Below, piece after piece: positions 7,928-17,300 of a DNA stretch of 29,171 nucleotides. The DNA is from Myxococcota bacterium (GTDB lineage Bacteria; Myxococcota; JACRCW01), in NCBI GenBank assembly GCA_040752415.1, contig JBFMGU010000132.1, forward strand, positions 1-29,171, in the 5' to 3' direction. Under the pieces are notes generated by a model. It was given only the letters and a program-made list of their open reading frames with translations. It was not told the DNA's origin and did not search any database. The translations under genes and the position numbers were made by a program. Each line of letters begins with the position of its first letter. The first letter of the stretch is position 1.

Positions 7928-10408
7928 TTAGCGCGGCTGCGACGACGAAAGACGGGAGATGGCCACCGGCATGTTGGGACCCAGCAGCGGACTCGTGCGC
8001 CGCAGGCGCGTAGCCACGAACCGGAAGAACACCAGCCGGGTGGCATTGGCCAGCGCAACGGCGGAGGCGGCGAGCAGCGGCAGGTTCGTGTGCGGCGACG
8101 CGAGCAAGGTGGTGACCGGTTGCACGGCCAGGTACGTCAACCCGCCGAATGCCATGACCTCGGCGAAGATGACCCTATGGGAGATGGCCCGGCGGATGGA
8201 CAACCCGCGCCACGACTGGAGCGAGGGCGGGTTTCCCTCGACGGATGCGGCGCCAGGCGCGGTGGCGGTCCACTGCGTGAGCAACTCCTTCACGCGCTGG
8301 AACCGCTCGCCTGCCCGGCGCATCCCGGAAACGCTCACCCGCAGCACCGAGGGCGTCTCCCCTGGTTGCGCGCGGTAGCGCAACAGGACCGTGGTGCGTG
8401 CGCCACGCCAATCCTCCACGATGCGAATGTCCACCAGTTCCTCGCGCGCAATGGTGAACCGGGTGCGGATACCGCGGAACCGCAACGCACTTGCGTGCAG
8501 GTCCAGGTGTCCCACGTCGACGTAGGCGCGCATTCCGTCGAAGAGCCGGATGGAGGTCCCCGGCGCAATGCCCACGAACACCGAGGGGCCGGAGCGGCCC
8601 GCGTCCTCGTGGCGTCGGGTGCTGGTCGCTTCGTCCCGCTCCAGCTCACGTGCCAATGCCCACGCGCCCGCGCCCAAGCTGGCGACGACTCCCATCAAGG
8701 CTGCCACGCCCGCCAGGATGACGCCTCCCTCCAAGGCCTCACCGGCGACGACGAGGAGAACCGTGACGGAGAGCAGTGCCCCATAGACGGACCAGGCCCG
8801 CACGCGGGCGGCACGGGCCAGATCCGCGGGCGGTGCTTCCGGCAAGGAAAACCCATCCACCGCCGAGGGAGAAGCCGTGGTGTCCGCCGGTCCATGTTGC
8901 CTGGCCAGGGCGCGCCGCGTGCGATGGACCCATGACGGGCAGCCATCCTGGCGCCACGTCGAGGGGAAGCTGACCAGGGGACCGAGAACGCGGAGGGCGG
9001 CCTCGATCTCCGCCCGCTCGCCGGTCAGCGCCACCCGGGCGAGGACGCTCTTGCGCAACGCGGAGACCAGCCGCGCTGGCACCAGGAAGAACAGCGGGAT
9101 CAGCAGCAAGGCCGCAGCGGCGACTCCCCACCGGCCGCCCTGCCAGTACGCGAAGGGCGCGAGTGCCCCAATCAGCGCCGAGTATCCCATTCCGCCCAGT
9201 GTCCCGCGGACCGTGTGCGCGTGGGCCAGGATGCCGACGACGTGGATCAGCTGACGTCGAGAGAGGTGGCGTACCAGGATTTCCGGCAACATGACGGTAC
9301 CCAGGGCAGCGCCCGGCGCTGGCACGTAACCCGACGGAACACGACGAAACAGCACGAAGCGCTGAGCCGCGGGCGCGTAGCTGCCTGGGCGCGAGAGAGC
9401 TTCCAGGAGCTCACCGGACGTCAGGATCTCCGCGGAATGGCCCAGCAGCATGTTCGTCAGACCCAACGCGACAAAGGCGAGGAGGATGAAGAATCCGCTG
9501 ATGACCATCACGCCCGTCCAGGGCGTCTCGCTCGCGCACGCGCTCAACACCCCTGGAATGGCGGCGGCGAAGCCCACTTGGATCAACAGCAGCGGCCGCA
9601 TGGCGCGGAGGAGGGACCAGGTGGAGTCCGTTCGGCGGAACAACGACCCAGCACCGACGACACCCGTGAGCGTGGCGGCCACGAAGAGCAGGTGCATCAC
9701 CAACGCGGAAAGCCAGACCTCGGCAAACGGAACGAAGGCCTGGATCACGCTGGGAACGTCCAGTGCGGCGAGAAGGAGGACGTAGCAGGTGCCGAACGCC
9801 GTATTCGCGTGGGTCAACGCCATCAATGCACGCGACCAGGCGACCTGGGGATCCACGGGGCTGGCCGCGGCGCGCGTGAGGTTGCGGCGCATCAACAATG
9901 CCGTGCCCGCGAGCACCAGCAGGACCAGGAGGCCCACCAGCAGGGCGTCCTGGGAGGAGGTCCCGAAGGCGAATTCCAGCGTCGCGGCCTCCTCGCCGAA
10001 GCCGCTGGCGCAGTAGAACGAAGCGAAGCGAATGTCCTGCGAGCATTCCGTGGTGAGCGCAGCCGGCAGGTTGGCGAAGACGTACGCCCTGTCGAAGCCA
10101 GCGGCCGAGGCAATCTGCCGAAGGGACTTCAGGTCCACGGAGCCCCGGAACAGGCCCGCAGCGTCCGAGGGAAGCGCAGCGCACCGACCCTCAAGCTGGG
10201 TGGGGCGGATTCTGGCCGGATCGAACTCGCAGTGCAGCAACGCAGCCAGTGCGTCCTCATCAAGGCGGTCCATGTGTGCGGCGTCACGGGACATGACTCG
10301 CACGGAGGCCGTTCCATCCCGTTTCATGTGCAGATGCACGGACAGCATTTCCGGAAGGGGCGATGCTCCACCAAGCGCCACCAGCAACAGGAACTGCGCT
10401 GCCATCAT
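7928..10408 (-). CDS. Multi-pass membrane protein with a degenerate peptidase M48 (Ste24/HtpX-like) domain, apparently catalytically inactive
   Basis: Signal-like N-terminus, purine-rich RBS (GGGGGGAAGG) and many TM segments. TVMLPEILVRHLSRRQLIHVVGILAHAH aligns by eye to the M48 'I...Ll..L...El.aVlaHElgH' region without HExxH. ALTGERAEIEAALRVL and GCPSWVHR mirror the downstream M48 motifs. Confidence 0.6.
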   Translation of the reverse strand: MMAAQFLLLVALGGASPLPEMLSVHLHMKRDGTASVRVMSRDAAHMDRLDEDALAALLHCEFDPARIRPTQLEGRCAALPSDAAGLFRGSVDLKSLRQIASAAGFDRAYVFANLPAALTTECSQDIRFASFYCASGFGEEAATLEFAFGTSSQDALLVGLLVLLVLAGTALLMRRNLTRAAASPVDPQVAWSRALMALTHANTAFGTCYVLLLAALDVPSVIQAFVPFAEVWLSALVMHLLFVAATLTGVVGAGSLFRRTDSTWSLLRAMRPLLLIQVGFAAAIPGVLSACASETPWTGVMVISGFFILLAFVALGLTNMLLGHSAEILTSGELLEALSRPGSYAPAAQRFVLFRRVPSGYVPAPGAALGTVMLPEILVRHLSRRQLIHVVGILAHAHTVRGTLGGMGYSALIGALAPFAYWQGGRWGVAAAALLLIPLFFLVPARLVSALRKSVLARVALTGERAEIEAALRVLGPLVSFPSTWRQDGCPSWVHRTRRALARQHGPADTTASPSAVDGFSLPEAPPADLARAARVRAWSVYGALLSVTVLLVVAGEALEGGVILAGVAALMGVVASLGAGAWALARELERDEATSTRRHEDAGRSGPSVFVGIAPGTSIRLFDGMRAYVDVGHLDLHASALRFRGIRTRFTIAREELVDIRIVEDWRGARTTVLLRYRAQPGETPSVLRVSVSGMRRAGERFQRVKELLTQWTATAPGAASVEGNPPSLQSWRGLSIRRAISHRVIFAEVMAFGGLTYLAVQPVTTLLASPHTNLPLLAASAVALANATRLVFFRFVATRLRRTSPLLGPNMPVAISRLSSSQPR

Positions 10409-10571
10409 TGCCTTCCCCCCGCGTTTAAGGTCGCTTCGTCGTTAGGACTTCGCGTCACCTGGGGACGCTACTGTGCGAGAGATCATGCCTCCATGGCATC
10501 GGGTCACGACCGATCGATTGTGGCGCAGGGCGTTGAACCAAATCGCTCGAGGCAAGAGGTGGCCGCCGCGT

Positions 10572-10700
10572 CGGTCGCGGATCGCAGACAGGAATGGCCG
10601 CGCCACGGGAAGCTGCGGGAGGCGTCGACGACGCGCGGCGAGAACCCAGACGGGGTCCAAGCCCCGTGGCGCGGACATTCCTGTCTGTGATTCGCGACCG
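10572..10700. repeat. REP-like doublet (REPIN-type): 38-bp inverted repeat with 53-bp spacer
   Basis: 10572-10609 matches the reverse complement of 10663-10700 with 3 mismatches. Each arm contains GTGG followed by an imperfect palindrome (right arm GTGG-CGCGGACA-TTCC-TGTCTGTG, 10666-10689). Confidence 0.75.
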
Positions 10701-10740
10701 GGTAGGGTTCCATCAACAGCCAAGCCGCTCGGAAGACGCG

Positions 10741-13700
10741 CTATGGCACGGTGACGTCGGGAATGGCGGCGGAGAGGATGTCCGCGCTGTTCTCCATGTG
10801 CCGCACCACGACGAGACCGGGAGACACGCCGGGGTATGCGCCCTCCAGCAGCAGCCGCATGGTGCGCGTGCCGCGGAAGGGCACCGCCAGGAGCTGCACC
10901 TTGCTCGCGCCGAGGGATTGCTGACCGAGGATGAGTTGCCCGCGGTCATCGGAAAGCACGTCCTCCGACTGCTTCACCGCCGTGGTCGAAGGCACCGCGA
11001 CCAGCGCGTAGTACTCCAGCGGGTCCTTCCCCTCGGGCAACGTGATGCTGAGCGTGCTCTCCCGTCCCATGGCCATGCTCGACGACGTGAGCTCCACCCG
11101 CACACCCGGACGCGCCGAAGCCTCCATCCGCAGCGAGCCGGGTGTATCCCGTCGCACCACACTCCCCGCCGGCGGGATGAGCGTGGCGGGACCGTGGATG
11201 TGCTCACCCATGGCCGCGTGCGCCATTCCGCCGGGACCCTGCACCTGGAGCTTGCCGCCCGTCGGAGACTCACGTGCCATCAACAGCAGGAGCTCCAGGA
11301 AGCGCACCAGCGCCATGGGCGTGGAGTAGACGCCGCCCAGCAACGCGGGGCCCTGCAGCATGCCCGGGTCCTGCGCGAGGATCATTCCGCGGGCAATGCG
11401 CGTGTAGAGCTCGTTGAAGTGCTCGCGTTCTCCCTGCAGCCACAACGCGGTGGCCGCCTCCGTCAGGTATTGCAGCGCGCCAACCCGCTGGAACGCGCGC
11501 AGGAAGCGCCACGTGTCATACGCGCGGGAAAACGCCAGCTCCGCGTTCTCCTGGCGCCAATCCAGGCGCGGCAGCAGCTCCCTCACAACCCACGTGGTCA
11601 CTGCCGGGTCGGTCACCACGCGATACGCCACGCGACCTTCGATCTCGACGGGAATCACGTCGCGGCCTTGCGCGTCATAGCCGCCTTGTTCCTCCAGGGA
11701 GAACTGTCGCGCTTGCAGCGCACGATCAAGCCGCCCGGCGAGGGCATCGGCGCGCTTGATGGTGGCGACGAGCATCCCGGCCAACGGCTCCTCCGCCTTG
11801 AGCGTGCGCACCGCGGCGTGCAGGTTGCGGGAGACCCACGCGCTCCACAGCAGGTTTCCGGGCATGCCGGGGTAGGGACGGATGAGCCCGGTGGCGGGGT
11901 CCTGGAATGCCTCCTCCAGGTCGCGCACCGTCTTCTCCAGGCCCATGCGGATGGTGTGCAGCTCACCATCGTCGTCGATGATGCCGCGGCTGGCGGCCGC
12001 CAGCAGGACCGCGCGGACCACAGCCTGCGCGCTGAGCGCCTCCGCGTGTCCAAACCATGACTCCATGGTGGTGACGACGTTGGTGACCATGCCGCGCATC
12101 AACGCGCCCGGCCCCGCGTACACCACCGCCGTCTCCTCCGGACCGACGCTGACGGACTTTCCGGTGCCCATCTCCAGCCGCGACCACGTCACCGGCTGCG
12201 CGGCCACGCTGTGCACCATGATCTCGCGACGGTCGAGCAACGTGCCGTTGGCGGTGGTGAGCTGCAGGACCACCACGCCGTCCTCACGAGGCGACCAGGG
12301 CAGCGTCAGCTCGGAGTGGCCGGGATTCACGGCGTGCGTCGAGGGGGTGAGGCCCGCGCCACTGGCTGAGAGCGTGATGCGCTCCGGCGTACCGTTATGG
12401 ATGTCGACGGGGACCTTGAGGTTGGCGCCAGGAACGAACGTGGTGGGGATCTGCGCTTCCACGGTGGCCTGACGAGTCACGTCGACGTCGCGCTGCGCGG
12501 CGGCGTGGTCCAACCCGCGCACCGCCACGAACCGGAACACCACGCGACCGGTCTGCGGCGGCAACGCAACCTGCACGCGCGCCTTCCCGCTGGCATCCGT
12601 GCGCACCACGGTACACGCCACGACCTTCTTCTCTCCTTGCCGGATGACGTCGGTGGGAGGCAGCGCTCCGCGGTCCGCGCCCTGCTCCGGCACCGCGCCG
12701 CTCGACGGAGCGGGAGCACCGGGAGGCGGAGGCGCGGCGGGCATGGCCCGCGGGGGCGCGCCCATCTTCTTGAACATCTTCGACGGAGCTTCCTCCTTGG
12801 GCGCATCCATCTCCTCGCGCTCGGAGATCCCGGTGTGATCCACCCACGACGAAACCGAGCTGGACGTGTTGCGCACCGACTCACCGATCGCGGAGGCCAG
12901 CGCCGAGAAGGGTGAACGCGAAGCCACGCGGTTGTCGTACGCCTCGAGGATGCCGCTCACGGCCAGGCCTTTTCCGTCGTGACCACGCACGGTGAGCTCG
13001 ACGGGGACTTCACCGTTGGGAGCGCCGCCGGTGGGAACGTCCAGGGCCACGTTGAGCTGCGCGGGCATGAAACCCAGCGTCCAGCCCTCGTGGAGCTTCT
13101 GGTCCTCAAAACCAGCCACCGTCACCAGGACGTACGGATGCTCGACGGGAATGGTGATGCGCTGCCCCTTGCGCAGGTCACCGCGCACCGGGATGGAGCG
13201 GGAGGCAAAGGTGCCGTCGGCCTTGGGCGTGTAGACGAGCAGCATGGGCGCGTGGAGGTCGCGCAGCACGCCGAGGGTGATCTTTCCGTCGTGGGCGATG
13301 ACGGACTCCACCTCGAGCGGATCGTCCTGGGGGCCCTGCCGGTCGACGAAGAGCTGTCGTCCCGGCACCTGGGTGGTGTTCTCGTACGGCGCCAGGCCCG
13401 CGCGGTGCAGCCAGCGCACGCCGCCGGAGACCTGCACCATGTCGCGCTCGACGTGACTGCTGCCCTCGAACTGGTGGCGCAGGCTCCCCTTGGGGGTGAT
13501 GACCTCCAGCTGGAAGGGTCCGGAGTGTCCGCCCACGTCGAGCGTGCCGGCCACCTTGCCTTCTTTCACCGACTGTCGCTGTGAAGGACCCGCCTGGATG
13601 CCGTTGCACCCCGGCAGCATGCAGCGCGGCACCAGCTCCACCTCGCCGTGGTACGGGTGGTTGCCCACGCGCAGCTCATTCTTGAAGCTCAGCCCGTTGC

Positions 13701-14274
13701 CCCAGCGCATGCCCGCGCCGGCGGCGTTGCCGAGGAACCAGGCGCCCTCCTCACGCTCCAGGTCCTGGGGCTGCGTCACCTGCTTGAACTCATGCGCCAG
13801 GCTCAGCGCTCCCAGCGAACCCTCCACCACGGAAAACGTGGCCTCCCCGCGACCGCCGCCATCCTCGGTCCGCACGTCGACACGGTACTCTCCGGCCTCG
13901 AGCGGGCGCTGCGCGCCGTCCAGCAGCGTGAGGACTGCCACGCCACTCTCGTCGAGGTTGACGGTGGTGTCCCTGGTGTTGGCGTCGCGCTTGCGCCAGG
14001 TGGCCAGCACCTTCGCGCCACCCCGACCGGGCATCATGATCTTCAGGAACACCTTCTCGTGCGGCCAGTACTGCGGCTGGTCGGTGGTGACGCTGACCAA
14101 CATGAGGCGCAGCGCATCCGGCACGTGGGCCGCGGGACCCAGCACACGGCGGTTCTGGACGTCGACGTCAAAGAAGCGGGAAGAGACCACGGGCGCCTCC
14201 CGGTTGCGCGCGTGCAGCGAAGGAACCGTGATGAGCAACGCCAGCGGAATTGCGCGAAGGAAGGAGGGACGCAT
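10741..14274 (-). CDS. Secreted alpha-2-macroglobulin-family protein (1177 aa) lacking the thioester motif
   Basis: Sec signal peptide. MG2-like TDQPQYWPHEKVFLK...GEYRV. Pro/Ala-rich bait-like segment (MPAAPPPPGAPAP). A2M-domain-like RTDASGKARVQVALPPQTGRVVFRFVA. WFGHAEALSA occupies the position of the usual GCxEQ. Confidence 0.72.
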   Translation of the reverse strand: MRPSFLRAIPLALLITVPSLHARNREAPVVSSRFFDVDVQNRRVLGPAAHVPDALRLMLVSVTTDQPQYWPHEKVFLKIMMPGRGGAKVLATWRKRDANTRDTTVNLDESGVAVLTLLDGAQRPLEAGEYRVDVRTEDGGGRGEATFSVVEGSLGALSLAHEFKQVTQPQDLEREEGAWFLGNAAGAGMRWGNGLSFKNELRVGNHPYHGEVELVPRCMLPGCNGIQAGPSQRQSVKEGKVAGTLDVGGHSGPFQLEVITPKGSLRHQFEGSSHVERDMVQVSGGVRWLHRAGLAPYENTTQVPGRQLFVDRQGPQDDPLEVESVIAHDGKITLGVLRDLHAPMLLVYTPKADGTFASRSIPVRGDLRKGQRITIPVEHPYVLVTVAGFEDQKLHEGWTLGFMPAQLNVALDVPTGGAPNGEVPVELTVRGHDGKGLAVSGILEAYDNRVASRSPFSALASAIGESVRNTSSSVSSWVDHTGISEREEMDAPKEEAPSKMFKKMGAPPRAMPAAPPPPGAPAPSSGAVPEQGADRGALPPTDVIRQGEKKVVACTVVRTDASGKARVQVALPPQTGRVVFRFVAVRGLDHAAAQRDVDVTRQATVEAQIPTTFVPGANLKVPVDIHNGTPERITLSASGAGLTPSTHAVNPGHSELTLPWSPREDGVVVLQLTTANGTLLDRREIMVHSVAAQPVTWSRLEMGTGKSVSVGPEETAVVYAGPGALMRGMVTNVVTTMESWFGHAEALSAQAVVRAVLLAAASRGIIDDDGELHTIRMGLEKTVRDLEEAFQDPATGLIRPYPGMPGNLLWSAWVSRNLHAAVRTLKAEEPLAGMLVATIKRADALAGRLDRALQARQFSLEEQGGYDAQGRDVIPVEIEGRVAYRVVTDPAVTTWVVRELLPRLDWRQENAELAFSRAYDTWRFLRAFQRVGALQYLTEAATALWLQGEREHFNELYTRIARGMILAQDPGMLQGPALLGGVYSTPMALVRFLELLLLMARESPTGGKLQVQGPGGMAHAAMGEHIHGPATLIPPAGSVVRRDTPGSLRMEASARPGVRVELTSSSMAMGRESTLSITLPEGKDPLEYYALVAVPSTTAVKQSEDVLSDDRGQLILGQQSLGASKVQLLAVPFRGTRTMRLLLEGAYPGVSPGLVVVRHMENSADILSAAIPDVTVP

Positions 14275-14336
14275 GGGGCGGGAGCGTGCCCCTCGTCGGC
14301 CCGAGGAGACAAGTCATCTCGACGTGGATTGTTTCC

Positions 14337-17300
14337 TCACGCGCTGCGTGCGCGGGACCGACGACGGTGGGAGTGGCCACGCCACAGCACCAGCAGTGCA
14401 AGGCTGAGCCAGGGCGCAAGAGGGGTGGTGGAGGTCTCGGCGCAGGTGCACCCGGGGTTGGTGGTCCCGTCCTCGGGCGGAGGCTGCTGGTTGTCCTGCA
14501 CGCCCGCGTCGGTGAGGAGGCCGGTGCCGCCGCCGTCGCGCTGGGTGGCGTTGTTGCCTCCCGAGTCGCCTGCTCCCGCATCCGGCGGCGTGGCCGCATC
14601 CGGCTCGTCGACGTGAGCGTCGGGCGTCTCCACCGCGGCATCCGCTTCTGTGCCGGCATCTCCATCGACGATCACTCCCGCGTCGGCGGCGGCGCCCGCG
14701 TCAGTGTCCACACCCGCGTCCACTTCAACCGTCCCCGCGTCCGCTTCAACCATCCCCGCGTCCGGCTCGCCCACGCCGCCGTCGGGCGAGTTGTCGACGG
14801 GATCCTGCTGGTCGGGGATGGTGTCGTTGTCGCTGTCGTCGGTATTGGACTCCACCGCGTCAATCTCGCCGTCACCATCGGTGTCGGTGGGGCTCTCCAC
14901 GTCACCCACTTCCTGGCCGTCGCCGATGCCGTCGCCGTCGGTGTCGCGGTTGGTGGGGTCCGTTTGCAGCGTGGCTTCCTGCGCATTGGTCAGCCCGTCA
15001 TCGTCGGGGTCCGCCGCGGGACCGTCGTCCGGGTTCGGGTCCTCCTGGTCGGACGTGCCGTCGCCGTCGACGTCCGCGGTGGAGGACTCGACCGCGTCGT
15101 TGCGCCCATCACCGTCGGTGTCGGTGGGATTGTCGGGGCTGCCCACCTCGGTGGCGTCGTCGGTCCCGTCGCCGTCGCTGTCCCTCGCGTCCGGGTTCGT
15201 GCCGAGCTGCTGCTCCTCGCCGTTGGTGAGGCCGTCGTCGTCGAGGTCTCCGTTGGGACCTGCGTCGTCGAAGTCCTGCTGGTCGGGCGTGTTGTCCCCG
15301 TCGGCGTCGTTGGTGCTGGACTCGACCGCGTCGTTGATACCGTCGCCGTCGGAGTCATTGGGCGCATTGACGTCACCCACCTCGTCGTCGTCGGTGATGC
15401 CGTCGCCGTCGGTGTCTTCGTTGTCGGGGTCGGTCCCCAGCGCGTCTTCCTGCGCGTTGGTGAGGGTATCACCGTCGGGATCGCCCAGCGGACCGTCATC
15501 ATCCACGGGGTCCAGCTGGTCGACGAGGCCGTCGCCATCGGCGTCCCCGACGCTGGACTCGGTGGCGTCGATCTTTCCGTCGCTGTCGGCGTCCGCCGGG
15601 CTTGTCGGCGACCCGACCTCCACCAGGTCCTCCGCGCCGTCGCCGTCGGAGTCGGAGCTGAGCGGGTTGGTGCCCAGCGACTGCTCCTGCGCGTTGCTCA
15701 GGCCATCCTCATCCGGGTCGGCCAGCGGTCCGTCCTGCGCGTTGGGGTCGGACTGGTTGGACGTGCCGTCCCCGTCGGAGTCCGCGGTGGCGGATTCCCG
15801 CGCGTCGATGGTCCCGTCGCCATCCGAGTCCGTGGGAGCGCCGGGATCCCCAACCTCCACGTTGTCGGGCACGCCGTCGCCGTCGGTGTCATTGGAGCCA
15901 GCGTTGGTGCCGAGCTGCTGCTCCTGGGCATTGGTGAGCCCGTCGTTGTCGGGGTCGGCCAGCGGTCCGTCAGTGGGGTTGGCGTCGAACTGGTCGGCGA
16001 GACCGTCGCCATCCACGTCGGTGACGCTGGACTCGCGCGCGTCAATGAGGCCGTCTCCGTCGGTGTCGGCGGGGTTGTTGGGGTTGGCGCCCAGCTCGGC
16101 ACCATCCAGCGCGCCGTCGCCATCGGTGTCGTCCACGGTGGGGTCCAGGTTCCAGGTCTGTTCGGTGGCGTTGCTGGCTCCGTCGCCGTCGGCGTCACCC
16201 TGCGGGCCGTCGCGCGGATCGGGGTCCAGCTGATCCACGACGTTGTCGCCGTCCACGTCGGCGGAGTTGGAGTCGAGGGCGTCGTTGATTCCGTCGTTGT
16301 CGGCGTCCGCGGGGGCCAGCGGGTCCACCACCTCCACGCCGTCCAGGATGCCGTCCCCGTCGGAGTCCGGGTTGTTGGCGACGGTGCCGGCCAGGAACTC
16401 GGAGGCGTTGTCGAGGTAGTCCTGGTCCGGGTCGGCCAGCGGACCGTCGTCATGGTCGGGATCCGCCTGGTCGTCGATCGAGTCGCCGTCCACGTCGCTG
16501 AGGGAGGATTCCAGCGCGTCGATGGTGCCGTCGCCGTCGCCATCCAGCGGCACATCCTGGTCCCCCACCTCCACGGCGTCCGTCACCCCGTCGCCGTCGC
16601 TGTCGTCGAGGTTGGCGTTGGTGCCCAGGGTGGCCTCGGTGGCGTTGTCGAGACCGTCGTTGTCCGGGTCGGCCAGCGGGCCGTCGTTGGCGTCGGCGTC
16701 GAACTGGTCGTTCACGTTGTCGCCGTCGACATCGAGCACGCTGGACTCCCGGGCATCAATGATCCCGTCGCCGTCGGTGTCCGTGGGATCCAGCGGGTCC
16801 GCGCCAACCTCCACGCCGTCCAGCACGCCGTCCTGGTCGCTGTCGTTGCTGCGCGGAGCGGTGTTGAGCGCTGCCTCCGTCTCATTGCTCAGCCCGTCGT
16901 TGTCGGGGTCGGCCAGCGGACCGTCGGTGGCGTCCGCGTCGAACTGGTCGGGATCCCCGTCACCGTCGACGTCCTGCGTGGCGGATTCCAGCGCGTCGAT
17001 GATGCCGTCGCCGTCGGTGTCCGTGGGGTTGGCGGGGTTGTCCACCTCCGCGCCGTCCAGCAGGCCGTCTCCGTCGGAGTCACTGGAATCCGTGCGCGTC
17101 CCCAGCGTGGTCTCGGTGGCGTTGTCGAGGCCGTCGTTGTCGGGGTCGGCCAGCGGGCCGTCCAGCGGATTGGGGTCGAGGTGGTCGGTGATGGTGTCGC
17201 CATCCACGTCCAGGATGTTGGACTCCCGGGCGTCGATGGTGCCGTCCCCGTCGCTGTCGGTGGGGTTGAGGATGTCCGCGCCAACTTCCACGTCGTCGCG

